Assembly: GCA_030704615.1 (NCBI GenBank)
Contig: CM060734.1
Span: 11,222,001-11,286,000 of the forward strand
DNA: 64,000 bases
Direction of reading: 5' to 3'
Source: Takakia lepidozioides
Lineage: Eukaryota > Plantae > Bryophyta
Part shown: positions 12,400 through 23,600 of the stretch, piece by piece
Numbering within the stretch: position 1 is the first letter of the stretch
How the letters are laid out: every line of letters begins with the position of its first letter
The notes under the pieces: generated by a model
What the model was told of the DNA's origin: nothing
Seen by the model: only the letters and a program-made list of their open reading frames with translations
Database searches by the model: none
Made by a program: the position numbers and the translations under genes

Positions 12400-14029
12400 T
12401 AACTGAGACTGAAATTTTAAAATGTCACAACACCATCTCACCCGGAAGTTGGTGGATATCATGTGGACGATTAGACAATGTTGATAATGAGAACAAATAT
12501 TCGTTGGCCCTTCACCGTCTGAACAAGCCTTCCAATTGTCAGCCGAGGACTACAAAGGGTGCAGTCGTGACTTCGACGTGTATGATGCAGGTGAGCACTG
12601 GTCCCTCATTCGTATGCCGTATTCAAAAAACCTTTGTCGCTGACATGGTCATCCTTGACATCCCCGACAGCTAGCCTGTCCCCGACGTTCCTCCAAAGGG
12701 AAAGACTCCACCCTGGAACAGATTCGATGAGAACTACTGGAGTTGGGTATTCGGGTTCTGCAATAATTTCCTTTCAGATGTAGGAACGCTTTTGCTCTTC
12801 CAGTCATGTGACAAGGATAGTCGTCGGGGACTAGCATCATACCTGAAGTCGTCTGGGTTTGAAGTTCTGAGGACATGGAATTGTGTGAGCATCCTCTACC
12901 TTCTGAAAGGTGGTTGCCCTGGACAGCTGGTATGGCACCGCCCTCCTCAGTACTGTCTCCCAATGTCTTCTCCTTATTTCTGCTGGCTTGCTCTACCACC
13001 ATCTGTGATGATCGACACCGATCATCACAAATACATTCCATTGTAGTTTTCATTTGCAGTCCATGTTTTGTTCCTTCCTGCGCCAGACTTCCTCCAATAT
13101 TTCCATGTCTCACCCCTACCTTGCATCTTTGCTAGACTAGGTTGTTTGAGGCAATCTGCCTGAGGAGGATTCGCACCTCAAAAACACCATCCTCCATCCG
13201 CAACTTTGAAATTTCCGACCAGGGGTGTTTCATCAACCCCCCTTTTGAACCGCATGTGGATGACATGCTCTACAACTTCATGCACTCCAGTCAGACTATC
13301 AAAAGACCAAATGGGTTTCCATGGAGAGGTGCAAGGGAGAGAACCCCAGCGTTCATGCAGACGCTCTTGGAGTCATGCAGCGACCATTCTGCAAGGGTGG
13401 TCGACCTCACACTATCCACAGGTTCGTTGGTTCAATACTGTTCCCATTTTTGGTCTTCCAGTTTGCATCCGCTTTTGCATCTTGTACAACCTTCTTGAGG
13501 GTAGGTGCGACTTATCGTGTTTGCAAGGCAGGCGGGAGAAGCCTTTTTGGCATGGAGGGCGACACCGAACTATTCAAGAGTGTCCTCCTCCCTCTTGTGT
13601 CTGGCTCTACGTCTGGCACACAGACTGAACAGATTCAAATCAGAAATGATGAGGATCCCGAGGATAAGCAGGTCGACAACGACTTTTCATGTGAGTAAGT
13701 CCTAAACCCACTTTGGGTGCCATGTTCAATTTCTCAGACATCAAATTTACAGTAATAACTTTTTTCTTGCTGTGCCTTGCAGAAAAGGCAGCGATGGATC
13801 TTCAGGAGAAACCCCCATTTGTGGCGAGACAGTTTTTGACAGCCCCCTTTCCACTTTTGTGCTTCCTGTGTATGCCGAAGCAATGGCACTTCAAATGGCC
13901 GAGGCTCTATTCCTTGACTTTTTATTGCCCGATCGCAGGTGTAGCCATCGTAGATCCGGAGTTCTTAAATTCTTGGACTTGGATGCAGAGGATGCGGGGA
14001 TACATTGTACTGACTCTGAGTCAGACTGA
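12400..14029 (+). pseudogene. Intron-containing beta-class N6-adenine/N4-cytosine DNA methyltransferase-like gene (N6_N4_Mtase type) with in-frame stop at 12672-12674
   Basis: Motif IV-like ADMVILDIPD, then WVFGFCNNFLSDVGTLLLF. C-terminal RERTPAFMQTLLESCS..RVVDLTLSTG, intron 13422-13504, then ATYRVCKAGGRSLFGMEGD. This matches the P..L...LI...S...VLDPF.GSG.T..AA...GR..IG.E.D pattern. 5' boundary approximate. Confidence 0.75.
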
Positions 14030-16947
14030 ACTTCGCATTTTTAATGTTCTGTTTTCATCCTCTTCGGAAAAGATTGAATTCCCTTACTTCATTGCAGTTG
14101 TTCCGGCAGAAAAGAAAATGAAACAAACAATCCACTCATATTCAAATGTCAATCTTCATGAATCCATCCCACAAACCCCACACACTCATGTCATATCCAT
14201 TGTGCATTGATTTACTGTGTATTCATGCATCCTCCATTCATGAATGTTTTCCATTATTCAACATCCATTGTACATTCATCCATTGTACTCTCATCCATCC
14301 CACATTCATCCATCTGCTTGCATTGTTCGCACTCATCCATCTGTTGCTTTCATGTGGGAATGACCACGTCCTTTTATTATTTCGTCCAACTTGTTTCCGC
14401 GGTTGAGGGTGCTCTTCCACGGAAATACACTCTGCTTCTTCCTTGGCGCGCGTTGATGCGGCGTTTAAGCTCGATGACATGGAGTGAGCCCGGTGACGTG
14501 GCGTGAGCGCAGCTGCGCTCACGTCGAGGCATCCCTGCTTCTGGAACACCCTTTTGAGGTGCTCCAGGTGGTCCTCCTTTGTTTTCGAGTACACCAAGAT
14601 GTCGTCGATGTACATGATCACAAAGTCATCCAACCACTCCTGGAAAAGACTGTTCATTAACGTGCTAAAGATTGCCGGCGCGCTGGTAAGCCCAAAAGGC
14701 ATCACCAAAAATTTGTACGAACCATACCTTGTCCTGCACGCAGTCTTTTCCTCATCTCCTTCCGCTACCCGAATTTGGTGATAGCCTGAGCGCAAATCGA
14801 TCCGGCTGAAATACTTCGCGTCTGCCAACCAATCAAAGAGGTCGTCAACTCTTGGCAAAGGGTACCGGTTTTTGATAGTCACCTTGTTTAGAGCCCTGTA
14901 ATCGACACACATCCGCAGCGTCCCATCTTTCTTGTCTGCGAATAGCACCGGGCTCCATAAGGTGACTTTCTTGGCCGGATGTATCCCTTTGCCATGAGGT
15001 CCTTGAGCTGCTCCGTCAGCTCCACCAATTCCCTGTGGCTCAACCGGTAGGGCGCCTTGGCAGGCGGCTCCGTTAATCCCGGTATCACCTTGATCTTATG
15101 GTCGACCCCTCTTCACGGTGGCAAGCCACTTGGTAAATCCTCCGGCATCACATCTTGGTATTTCTTCAAGATTTCCTTGATCCAATCTGGGCTCGGCTCC
15201 TTATCGACTTCTTCGCCCACCTGCCTCACATAAAGCAAAAACTCGGGTTCATGTGGCTCCCGCACGGCGCATTCCTTCATCGACAGCATGTTTATTTGCC
15301 CTCCCACTCGGTTGGGCGTTTCCGCTACCCGCAAAACTTTGTTACCGTTCCCACACGACAGCGTGACCAACCTCTTGCGGCCATCTATGACCACGCCAAA
15401 TTTGCTCAAGAAGGACATCCCCAAAATGAGATCCACTCCATCGATCTTGTAAATCGTGAAATTCTCACGTCCCTCCCAACTCCCCAGCTGAAGAGGGACA
15501 TCGAACGCCACCCTCGTCGCCAGTTGTGGTTCTCCCTTGGCAGAACGCACTTCAATAGAGGCCCCCACGTCACTTGTCGGGAGCCCCAGCTTCCGTGCCG
15601 TTGCCGATGTCATGAAGGAGTACGACGCTCCTATGTCCACCAACAACGACACGTTAGTTCTAGAAATTACCCCGCTCATAAACATCAACTGACTCCATTT
15701 ACGTAAAGCTCCCGTCTCCTGATACAACTCACAAGAGTAGTTGCCTACCTTGCAAGTCTTGGCGACCACCGCCTCCACCAAGCGGCTGATGGAGTCTTCG
15801 GACAGCTCAGTGGTCGCCCGAGTCATGTTCAACTGTTGGGGCTTTGAGCACTTCTTTGCCATGTGCCCGGGCTCCCCTCAATTAAAGCACACCCCATCAA
15901 AGGCCGCCTTCTGTCTACCATAAGCTGCCGCACCTGATTTTTCTTTTGGAGCGTCGGGTGCCTCCTTGACGTGCGAAGTACCTCCCTTTGATTTCCATGC
16001 GCCATTGTCGTCACGTGGCCTATCCCACTTCTTTTCCAGTCGGGAGGAGTCACCCTCTCGCTGGACCTTCTTGTGGTTCAGCTTCATATGGCCCTGTCTT
16101 TCACCCCTAGGGACATCCGAGAAGCATTCAGCTCTTTCCATTGCCTCGTTCAAAGTCTTTGGTGGCCTCTCCTCCAACTTCCGCCTGGCCCATGGGGCCA
16201 ATCCCGCCACAAAGTTGAAGACCATTTCTGGTTCCCCCATATCTGCAACTTTGAGCAATAGCACATTGAAAGCCTAAACATATCCCGAATGTCATCCATT
16301 TGCTTCAAGTTCCTCATCTTGTCCCGGGCGAGCCAGGACGCGTTGAGGGGCACAAACTGTCTTTTCATAAGTTCCTTGAACCCACTCTAGCTCAAGGTTT
16401 CTGGGTTTGGCCCTTGGTCATGAAGACGCTTCTGCCACCATTGTTGAGCATAGCCCCTCAAATAGGTGGGAGCCACTTCCACCCGATCCTCGTCACTCAA
16501 CTTGGCCGCCCAGAAGTACTGCTCCAGCTCCAAGAGCCAGGTGTTGAGTGCCTTCCGATTTTGGACGCCCAAGGTGTCGGGTTCCTTAGGCTTCACCTTA
16601 AATTTCACCTTAGTGGAAGTGGCATTAGCCGCTCTCATCACGTCTTTTAGCGTCCCGCCAAACTGCGCCAGAAGACCTTCCCAAAAGGCTGCTGGCATTG
16701 GAGGGATCTGTTGGTCTGGCGGAGCCTTTGGGAAGTCCTCGGGCTCCGACTCCTCAAATCCCTCTTGTTCTCGAGCAGACTCACTTTCAGAAGCATAAAT
16801 TGCATCTTCCAGTTGCCGCTCCGGTGACTTTGCCCCCACCGGGCTCACTAGCTCGATCATCGATTTTTGGGCCGTTCCGCTTTTGCTTGGTCTTGCTCGA
16901 CCCCATGGTGAGGCCAATCTCAAGGACGATCGCGTACTGAACTCTAG

Positions 16948-16959
16948 GCTCTGATACCA
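16948..16959 (-). promoter_or_regulatory. Primer-binding site, tRNA-iMet (TGGTATCAGAGC)
   Basis: Located 2 nt from the LTR end. Confidence 0.9.
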
Positions 16960-16961
16960 AG

Positions 16962-17677
16962 TGTCGCGCACCACCCTTCGGTAAACTCCCCTTTAAGTCA
17001 TAGTTACTCGCTTTGATGCGCGCGCCTAACTCCCAAACTGGCCGTCGGGCCAACTTGGAGCTTCGGCTGCTCACCGGGGCATAACGGTCCCCCTCACACT
17101 CCCACTCGGTCCTCGACCTGTTGGGCTCAGTGATAGATGGCAGTCCGGAACAGCTCCCCACACCTTGGTCGCTTTCCGGCTCGCACGCTTACTCACTAAC
17201 TTTTGGTCACCAACGGGCTTGCACCGTTCTCGGGGTTACTACTCCCTATATATACTTCTGTAGGTGTCCGCGGGGGTTCCACAAGTAGCCTAGTCCAAAT
17301 CTGGTGAACCACCGCCTAGACCCTCGACTGTCCCTGTGATGAGTCGCGGTGAGTCTTGGCCCACCCACCACGGCCCCAACGGACCGTGGTGAGTCCCAAG
17401 ACTCCCCACGACTCCTACCACAAGGCCTCAGCCCCATGGTGAGTCCTATGCCACCCCCACTACGACTCCCTAAGCTACCACCACCCCTCGTGGAGCCCCC
17501 ACCCCCGCAACCCGGTTTGCGGGGTTCCACCTAGTGAGCGCCTCCGCCTCCTTGAGTGCCTTCGGCACTCAAGGGTGCTTCATCCCCCTTTCCTATTTGC
17601 TGCCGCTGCCCCCACCACAAGGGCAGCCCCTCTTGTGTCCCGACCCCCCCCCGCCCTCAAGGCAAAGGGCCGCGACA
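16962..17677 (-). repeat. 5' LTR of Gypsy copy 1 (716 bp)
   Basis: TGTCGCG...CGCGACA termini; homologous to 39850-40579. Confidence 0.9.
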
Positions 17678-17699
17678 CACTCCCAGCTAGTCAGCCTCA

Positions 17700-18141
17700 G
17701 TCACGAACTATCCATGAGAACTCGGAGAACAGAGATGTTTATCCAACGAAGCATTGGGATAGGAGATTCAAAAGGAAACGTGCAAGCAAACTAAATTTCA
17801 CCAGAATGCGGAGCGCAGATAGGCTTCATGGGCAAGTCATAGGCTTTACAGATGTTCTTGCACCAAGGTTTGGGAGGGTGTACACTCTCACGACTGCCAG
17901 ATCTTCAGAGTAGAACCTTGCGTACAATGTTACAGTTGGCAAATTCCCTGAGTGCACATGTCCGGACTTCAATTCCATGCAGAATGCTCAAGGACCCTTT
18001 ACTCCATGCAAGCATCTGTATTTCATTTTCCTCAGCAGGCTTGACTGTCGTGGGGACTGGGATATGATACACCAGCCGTGTCTGACATTGAACGAGGTTG
18101 CCAAGTTGTTAGTGAGGGACCCAACTCCATTGTATCTGTGA
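17700..18141 (+). pseudogene. 3' fragment (SWIM domain) of another family transposase
   Basis: FGRVYTLTT..YNVTVGKFPECTCPDF..FTPCKHLYFIFL..IHQPCLTLNEVAKLLVRD aligns with the C-terminus of transposase A. Confidence 0.8.
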
Positions 18142-18259
18142 TCATAGTTGTTGGCTGAACTATTGTGCTTCATTTTCGAGCTATAGGGCCTCAACAAATG
18201 GCTGAATATGCTATGAGAGACATAGGCTGTGTGCATTTTCACTATTTAGGATATGGGGA

Positions 18260-20380
18260 TCATGCAGTAATTTGCCCCTCCCAGGACATTATGTTCTCTA
18301 AGTGCTCTGCGTGGAACATCTTATGAGCAATTTTGTAGGAGTTGAAGTATTCGGCGCCGAACCTTCCTCCCATTTCCCTTAGTTTTGTTGTTGCTGTAAG
18401 GAATTGGATAACCAATTCCAGTATCAAGAGCAGTATGAAGCACACTGGAATTTGTGTAGATAATAGGCTCACGAGTGCTCATCGTCCCTCCGATGAGCCT
18501 TTTGCATGGCCTTCAGACATGGAGCAAGTTTTATTATGCCCCTTCTTTTCACACTACACAATGACTAAGAAAATAAAAATTGAGTTCGGGTGGCTGTCAC
18601 AAATTGGGCATTTGCAATCCCCTTGTGCTCCCTGCTTCTATTTGTTGTGTGTGTAGGTAATGGGGGACAGAAATGAGTTGGCAACCCATTGCCACATGAC
18701 ATCACCCCCTCCCTCCCCAAAAATGCCCCCACTGTGCAATTACTAAACTAAAGTTCTAGCCCCAAAAGGTGTATGTATCTCTTTGCAGTCAATGAACTCC
18801 TGTAGGTTCTACTCTCTCTTGGACCTAGAGTTTATGGCAAGGATAATGTAGTGGGTTTGAAAGGTTAGGAAGATTCTTACCAGATTAAGAAAAAAAATCT
18901 TGTTATCCCAAGTCGGTGATGGCACCCCCGAGTACCCTTTTCTCCGAGTCTCCATCATCGCCAACCATCCCTCATTGACAATCTTGATCTGCCCTGCCAA
19001 GTCCGCACGGGAAGGGTGTGGCTTGGCATCGAAAACGCATTCAATAGTGCGGGTGTACCTCCCAGTTGTCTCGTCTTTCTCTTTGTCCTTCTCCTTGTCC
19101 TTCTCTTTCTCCTTCTCTTTCTCCTTTGTCTTCCCAGGTGACTTGGCTACTCCCTCCGAAGCCTTTGCATCCTTGTCTTTCACCTTGCGGCCCCCCTTCT
19201 TGCCTTTCTGGGGAGTTGCCTGCGCGTCTGGCTCCTCGGCGGCCAATGAAGCTATGTTCCTCTGGTACTCTTCGTCGTTCAAAGGTACCAACATCTCCAC
19301 ATGGTTGTTCAAATACTTCATTTGCTGCTCTTGAAATGTCGTGTGCTCAGGATGGCAGTCGAGGTACCATCCACAGTCCCTAAAGTGGGCAGGACTCCAG
19401 TCCCTCAAGATACCAGGGGTCCGACCACATGTCCAGGTAATCTGGGATTTCACTTAGGTGTTTTCCTTCCATCAGCACATATTTAGTGTACATGCAGACG
19501 CTCAAACAAACACCATCCCCAAAACATGATATCAAAAAGCAGCGGAAAGTGATGATCGGTGGCGATCATCACTTTCACATCAGAGAGAATGCAACATGGG
19601 TGTGCAAATCCTTATGATTATCTACACTGCACAACTGGGAAATCTGATGATCGGCACCGATCATCAGGTCACTGATCAGAAACAAACTGCCTATGTTAAC
19701 AGAGGTAGGATTAAGAATGGAAACATGGATATGCAATATTCATTTGTTTGACGGGAGAAGATCAGAGCACTGGAAGTGATGATCGGTACCGACCATCACC
19801 AAACTGTTGTGTAGCAGAAAGAAAATATTAAGCTTTTCTCAACTGAGGCATGACAAAATTTCAAAGAATGTGATGGATAGGCTTTAGGTATTGCACCTGT
19901 ACACAACACGCATCATAGCCCACTCCCCTCCAACTTGACTGTCGAAATCGTTCGACCTCAATATGTTACCATCCTTGGAGAACTTGCGGAAGAAACAGTA
20001 CCGCCACGTGAGACCTTTCCACTTTCTAACGTACGCCTCCAAGGTTATCTGTGGTGGTGAGACCATCGAAATATTCAAGTCCTTCAAATTCTGCTCTAGG
20101 ACAAGAATGGCGCGTTTCTCCAGCTGCAAAGGGAACATCTATCAGAATTGCACATGACAAAGCCATAGGATAATGGATATACAATAGGCACTTCAATCCA
20201 CAAATACCTGACTCCAAAATGTGGCCTTGTGAAGCCAGTGATAAAAAACAATGTCACTTATTCCCTCGACCTTTGTGCCAGGCTGGATTGTGCTTTTTGG
20301 GAGCTGATTCAGATCCTTCACCGTCTGATCCGAGTTCCAAATCTCAAGCCATCTAACTTTTGTCTGGGGGTCGACCATGG
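18260..20380 (-). pseudogene. ParB-domain gene copy 2: middle and downstream exons, 5'-truncated
   Basis: SMVDPQTKVRWLEIWNSDQ..TFWSQ and LEKRA..QVGGEWAMMRVVYR are near-identical to copy 1. Further exons at ~18880-19450 and ~18260-18420 are not visible in copy 1. Confidence 0.8.
19545..19799. repeat. Three palindromes TGATGATCGG-NN-CCGATCATCA in an intron of ParB gene copy 2
   Basis: At 19545-19576, 19644-19667 and 19776-19799; a fourth copy at 13004-13029. Confidence 0.85.
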
Positions 20381-20469
20381 AGAGAGCCACCAATTCCAGA
20401 ACAAGATGAGCTCATGGACGAAGACGATCAAGAGGAGCAAGATCATGAACGAGAAGCACCGATACAATC

Positions 20470-20640
20470 AACAGCAACAACACTGGCATTTTCTACCCTC
20501 CCACTGGTTGTGGGTTCAAACCACCTTGTTGGTTGTTACAAAGGTGTCCACCTTCCTACCGGAAGGCAGTAGCCCTTCTGGGTCAAGTGACACCATAAGT
20601 TACGCTTCCTTCGGCAACGTGTCCACCTTTTTTTTTTTTC
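20470..20640 (+). mobile_element. tRNA-derived SINE copy 1 with T-rich tail
   Basis: B-box GGTTCAAACC; reverse-complement homolog of 21056-21226; poly-T at ~20628-20639. 5' boundary approximate. Confidence 0.65.
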
Positions 20641-20657
20641 TAACCTCCCCCAAAAAC

Positions 20658-23600
20658 GAGGTTAGCTATTTCATGAACAGAGAAGTAAGACAATCGGTTT
20701 TCATGAGCAGAAATCCAAAATTTGAAAATACGATAGGATTAATTTTTAATTTTTTAATTTTTTTCTTCATGGAATGTGTCAGAAAAATAATGATATAATA
20801 TTCATTATGTGAAACTAAAAATGTCATTTTGAGAGCCGGGCTCATGAAATTTTCTCTGCGCTCATGGCAAATGCAATTGAGATCTGGAAAAATGGCGCTG
20901 AATTGCGCGGTAATAGGTTCCGGAACCCTAGAAAATGATAACGCATTTCGCGGTAATAGGTGCCTCCCCGGAAAAATGGTGCCGAATTTCGCGGCAATAG
21001 GTCCTTCCCATTCAAGTAGTTTGGCCCCAAAATTGGAAATGCGGCACCGAATTTCTAGAAAGTATGACGCCCGAAGGGAGCGTACTTATGGTGTCTCTTC
21101 ACCACAAGGGCTACTGCCTTCCAGCTGAAAGGTGGACACCTTCATGACACACCAGACCGTGGTTTGAACCCACAACCACATCCAACGTGGTATGTGCCCA
21201 TTACCACTGGGCTACATGCTGGTTGTCGAATTTCCAGAGATGGTGCCTAGAACTGCACCGAACTTGGGCAGTTTTTGGCTACATAACTGGAAATTCGGCG
21301 CCGAATTTCCAGAAATGGTCCCCACAACTGCCAGTGATTGAACTTATTTTATTTGAAAGATCTGCTATTCATCCTGGCGCTATCTTATTATGGATTATGT
21401 TTCGACATTGGATTGTCAGTGGATCTCAATATCCGGACTTTGTAAGCTATAGTCCATAAGGGGTGCATAACAAATTGCACAATGGATTTCCAGAAGACCA
21501 TAATGTGTTTGAATGAGACATTACTTTTATTTTGCAGGTGTCATTCCAAGAGTATTGTCGTGGATTTCATTAGACTGCAAAACAAAGTCTACTGCATAAA
21601 AATGCAATTGAAAATATCCAAATGATGGATTCCCTTTGCCCCATCAATGATTTCCCGAATCCTTGCCGAGGAGTTTGTGCAGCTCGTTCGGGCTCAACGT
21701 TGGTGCATGAATGTAGTCATCAATAGTCAAGTTACACCTCAGCCTCTTCAGGTAAATGTAATACAGATGCTTGCACGGATAATACTTCCCATTCTTTTGA
21801 AGTCATCAACGAAAAGTCCGCACAATTGCAGGTCGGCTCCACTCCAATTGTAATGGTGTATACGTCGTCGCGTACAACTGAGCCGACCGATAAACACGCC
21901 CAAGGCCGGGTGCGGGTACGTCCCGGGAGCTCTAAATAGTACATGCCACCCCAAAAGCATTGGCAATCCGAGTCTCATTCGTCTTGTTGGGAGGGTGTCG
22001 TCTCTTCACTTTCCCGAATCGCGTGGTGGGATATGCAGAATTGTCCACTCTGTCTCTCATGGACCTCGCAGTCTGCAATGGCTAGATCTGAGGAACTGGA
22101 AATGGATGGGCCGGGACGTCTGTGCATTGCACCATTCAAAATCCCGCTGCAGAAAGAGCATCCGCCTCATTCTGAGAGAGGTTGCAACCCGGTGCAGCAA
22201 GCCAGACGGCAGGAGGCTCCGGCATAATTCCCTGAATCCCGTACTTGGACTTGCGAAATACACAAGTCATTATGTCGTGCCTATAGAACCAAAATGTATG
22301 CGTTGTGGCTGCAGCAAATCTGGCAGTCAAAAATCTGCCGCTGAAACACGGTGTAGGTACAACACCGTGTGGGTTCCTCCTAATCATCTCACCGCAAAGT
22401 GCTCTCGTATCCACCCGGATGGCGCAACACTTCCCTCGAAATGCAGGCATTGTTCTGGCAATTCTCCACTGTGACTCCGACACTCTTGTCTCAACAATGG
22501 GTACGTTATACTGCGTGACCACAGATGGCTCGGAATGTTCCTCGGGCACGTGCCATGTGCTCAAAAGATATGGCAATCTTGAACATGCAGGGCTTGCGGT
22601 GCTGGACGAGACGTCCTCCGGCAACATTACGGGACCTCGAGGGAGCGTGCGAATATTCTTGTCAGCTCGCCAGGAATCCTCTTCTCCGCCAGGTTGGTTG
22701 TCAATTCGTCGTCTCACTGGACGGGTGCAAACATCTCCTTCCAGGTGCGAACCTCTTCAAAGCAATGGCGTGTCTCGAAGGTTCTCTCGCAAGGTTGCTG
22801 CCTACTTCCGAGCATTCTTGGATCTGGAGGCACTCCGCATCAACATTTCCTGCCTGTCCGGCCCTAAGCCCCACTGTTTCCCTTTTAAAAATCGTTGTAT
22901 CTGGATTGCTGCATGATTGACCTCACAATGTCCTCCGTTGTGGCAATGAGGATGTCCACCAGATGCGCCGCAGAGGAGGCACGCCATGAAGAATGCACTG
23001 ATTCGGCCATGTTTGTTGTCGGCATATCGGTGTCGGAGTCCAGACACATATCATGCAGATGCACATTCTTAGGTTAGAAGCAAGTTACAAAGCATTGACA
23101 ACCATACTATTGTTGGGGACGTGAAATCGTTCAACTCATCTGCTGCATATACTTGACAAGCCTCCACTCGTCATCCGACGGACCAGATCCACGCCGCTAC
23201 CAGGACCACACGTTGACATTTTGAGTATGAAACAACGATCTGCCTCGCTCCCTTGCTGGGCAGCCTCCCACGAGTCCCCCCTCGCCAATTTATGACAGTG
23301 CACACCAATGTGTATGCAAGCTTGCGTGAGGTCTAGTAAAAGCTGGCTACACACATAGTACCGCTTGGCATTACAAACAGACATTCAAACGGGTGGTTCT
23401 TTGCAATGCGCGCATTTAAATGTGGAGTGCGGAACCTTTCCTTGAGCTCAAAAGGGTTGAGGAGCTGTGCCTGTCCAATCCGTCTCGTTCCTGTGACCTC
23501 TGGATTTATAATCGAAGCAGGTCGCGGAGAAACACCGCAGCGCGCCGGCACACAGAACGTAACGCACCCACACACCATCGACAATCTTTATGTTGGTGGT

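Larger units (their letters stand above)
8592..14535. mobile_element. Element C: region bounded by inverted family-type termini and carrying the methyltransferase gene; possibly composite
   Basis: Left end: GGGATGC..GCGTGAGC arrays, CCTATAACCGAGG (8763-8775), GGATGAATG-rich tract (~8890-9000). Right end mirrors it: CATCCATTCAT tract (~14200-14340), CCGCGGTTGAGGG (14397-14409), GCTCACG..GCATCCC (to 14535). No TSD found. Confidence 0.6.
14536..17677 (-). mobile_element. Ty3/Gypsy LTR retrotransposon copy 1: 5' LTR, PBS, gag, protease and RT; degenerate and truncated within RT
   Basis: Gag (NTWLLELEQYF), decayed Zn knuckle, protease [29 protein letters not shown]; multiple frameshifts. Confidence 0.93.

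Noticed and set aside
12400-14029. Bacterial or phage contamination as the source of the ParB and MTase motifs
   Set aside because: Both genes are split by GT-AG introns and are interleaved with plant retroelements.
8580-14545. Target-site duplication for element C
   Set aside because: The flanks (GCACAGGTCGG versus TGCTTCTGG) do not match; the two ends may belong to different copies.
21150-21226. tRNA gene
   Set aside because: Only the A/B boxes are retained, no complete cloverleaf is seen, and it has an unrelated body and a TSD, so it is a SINE.
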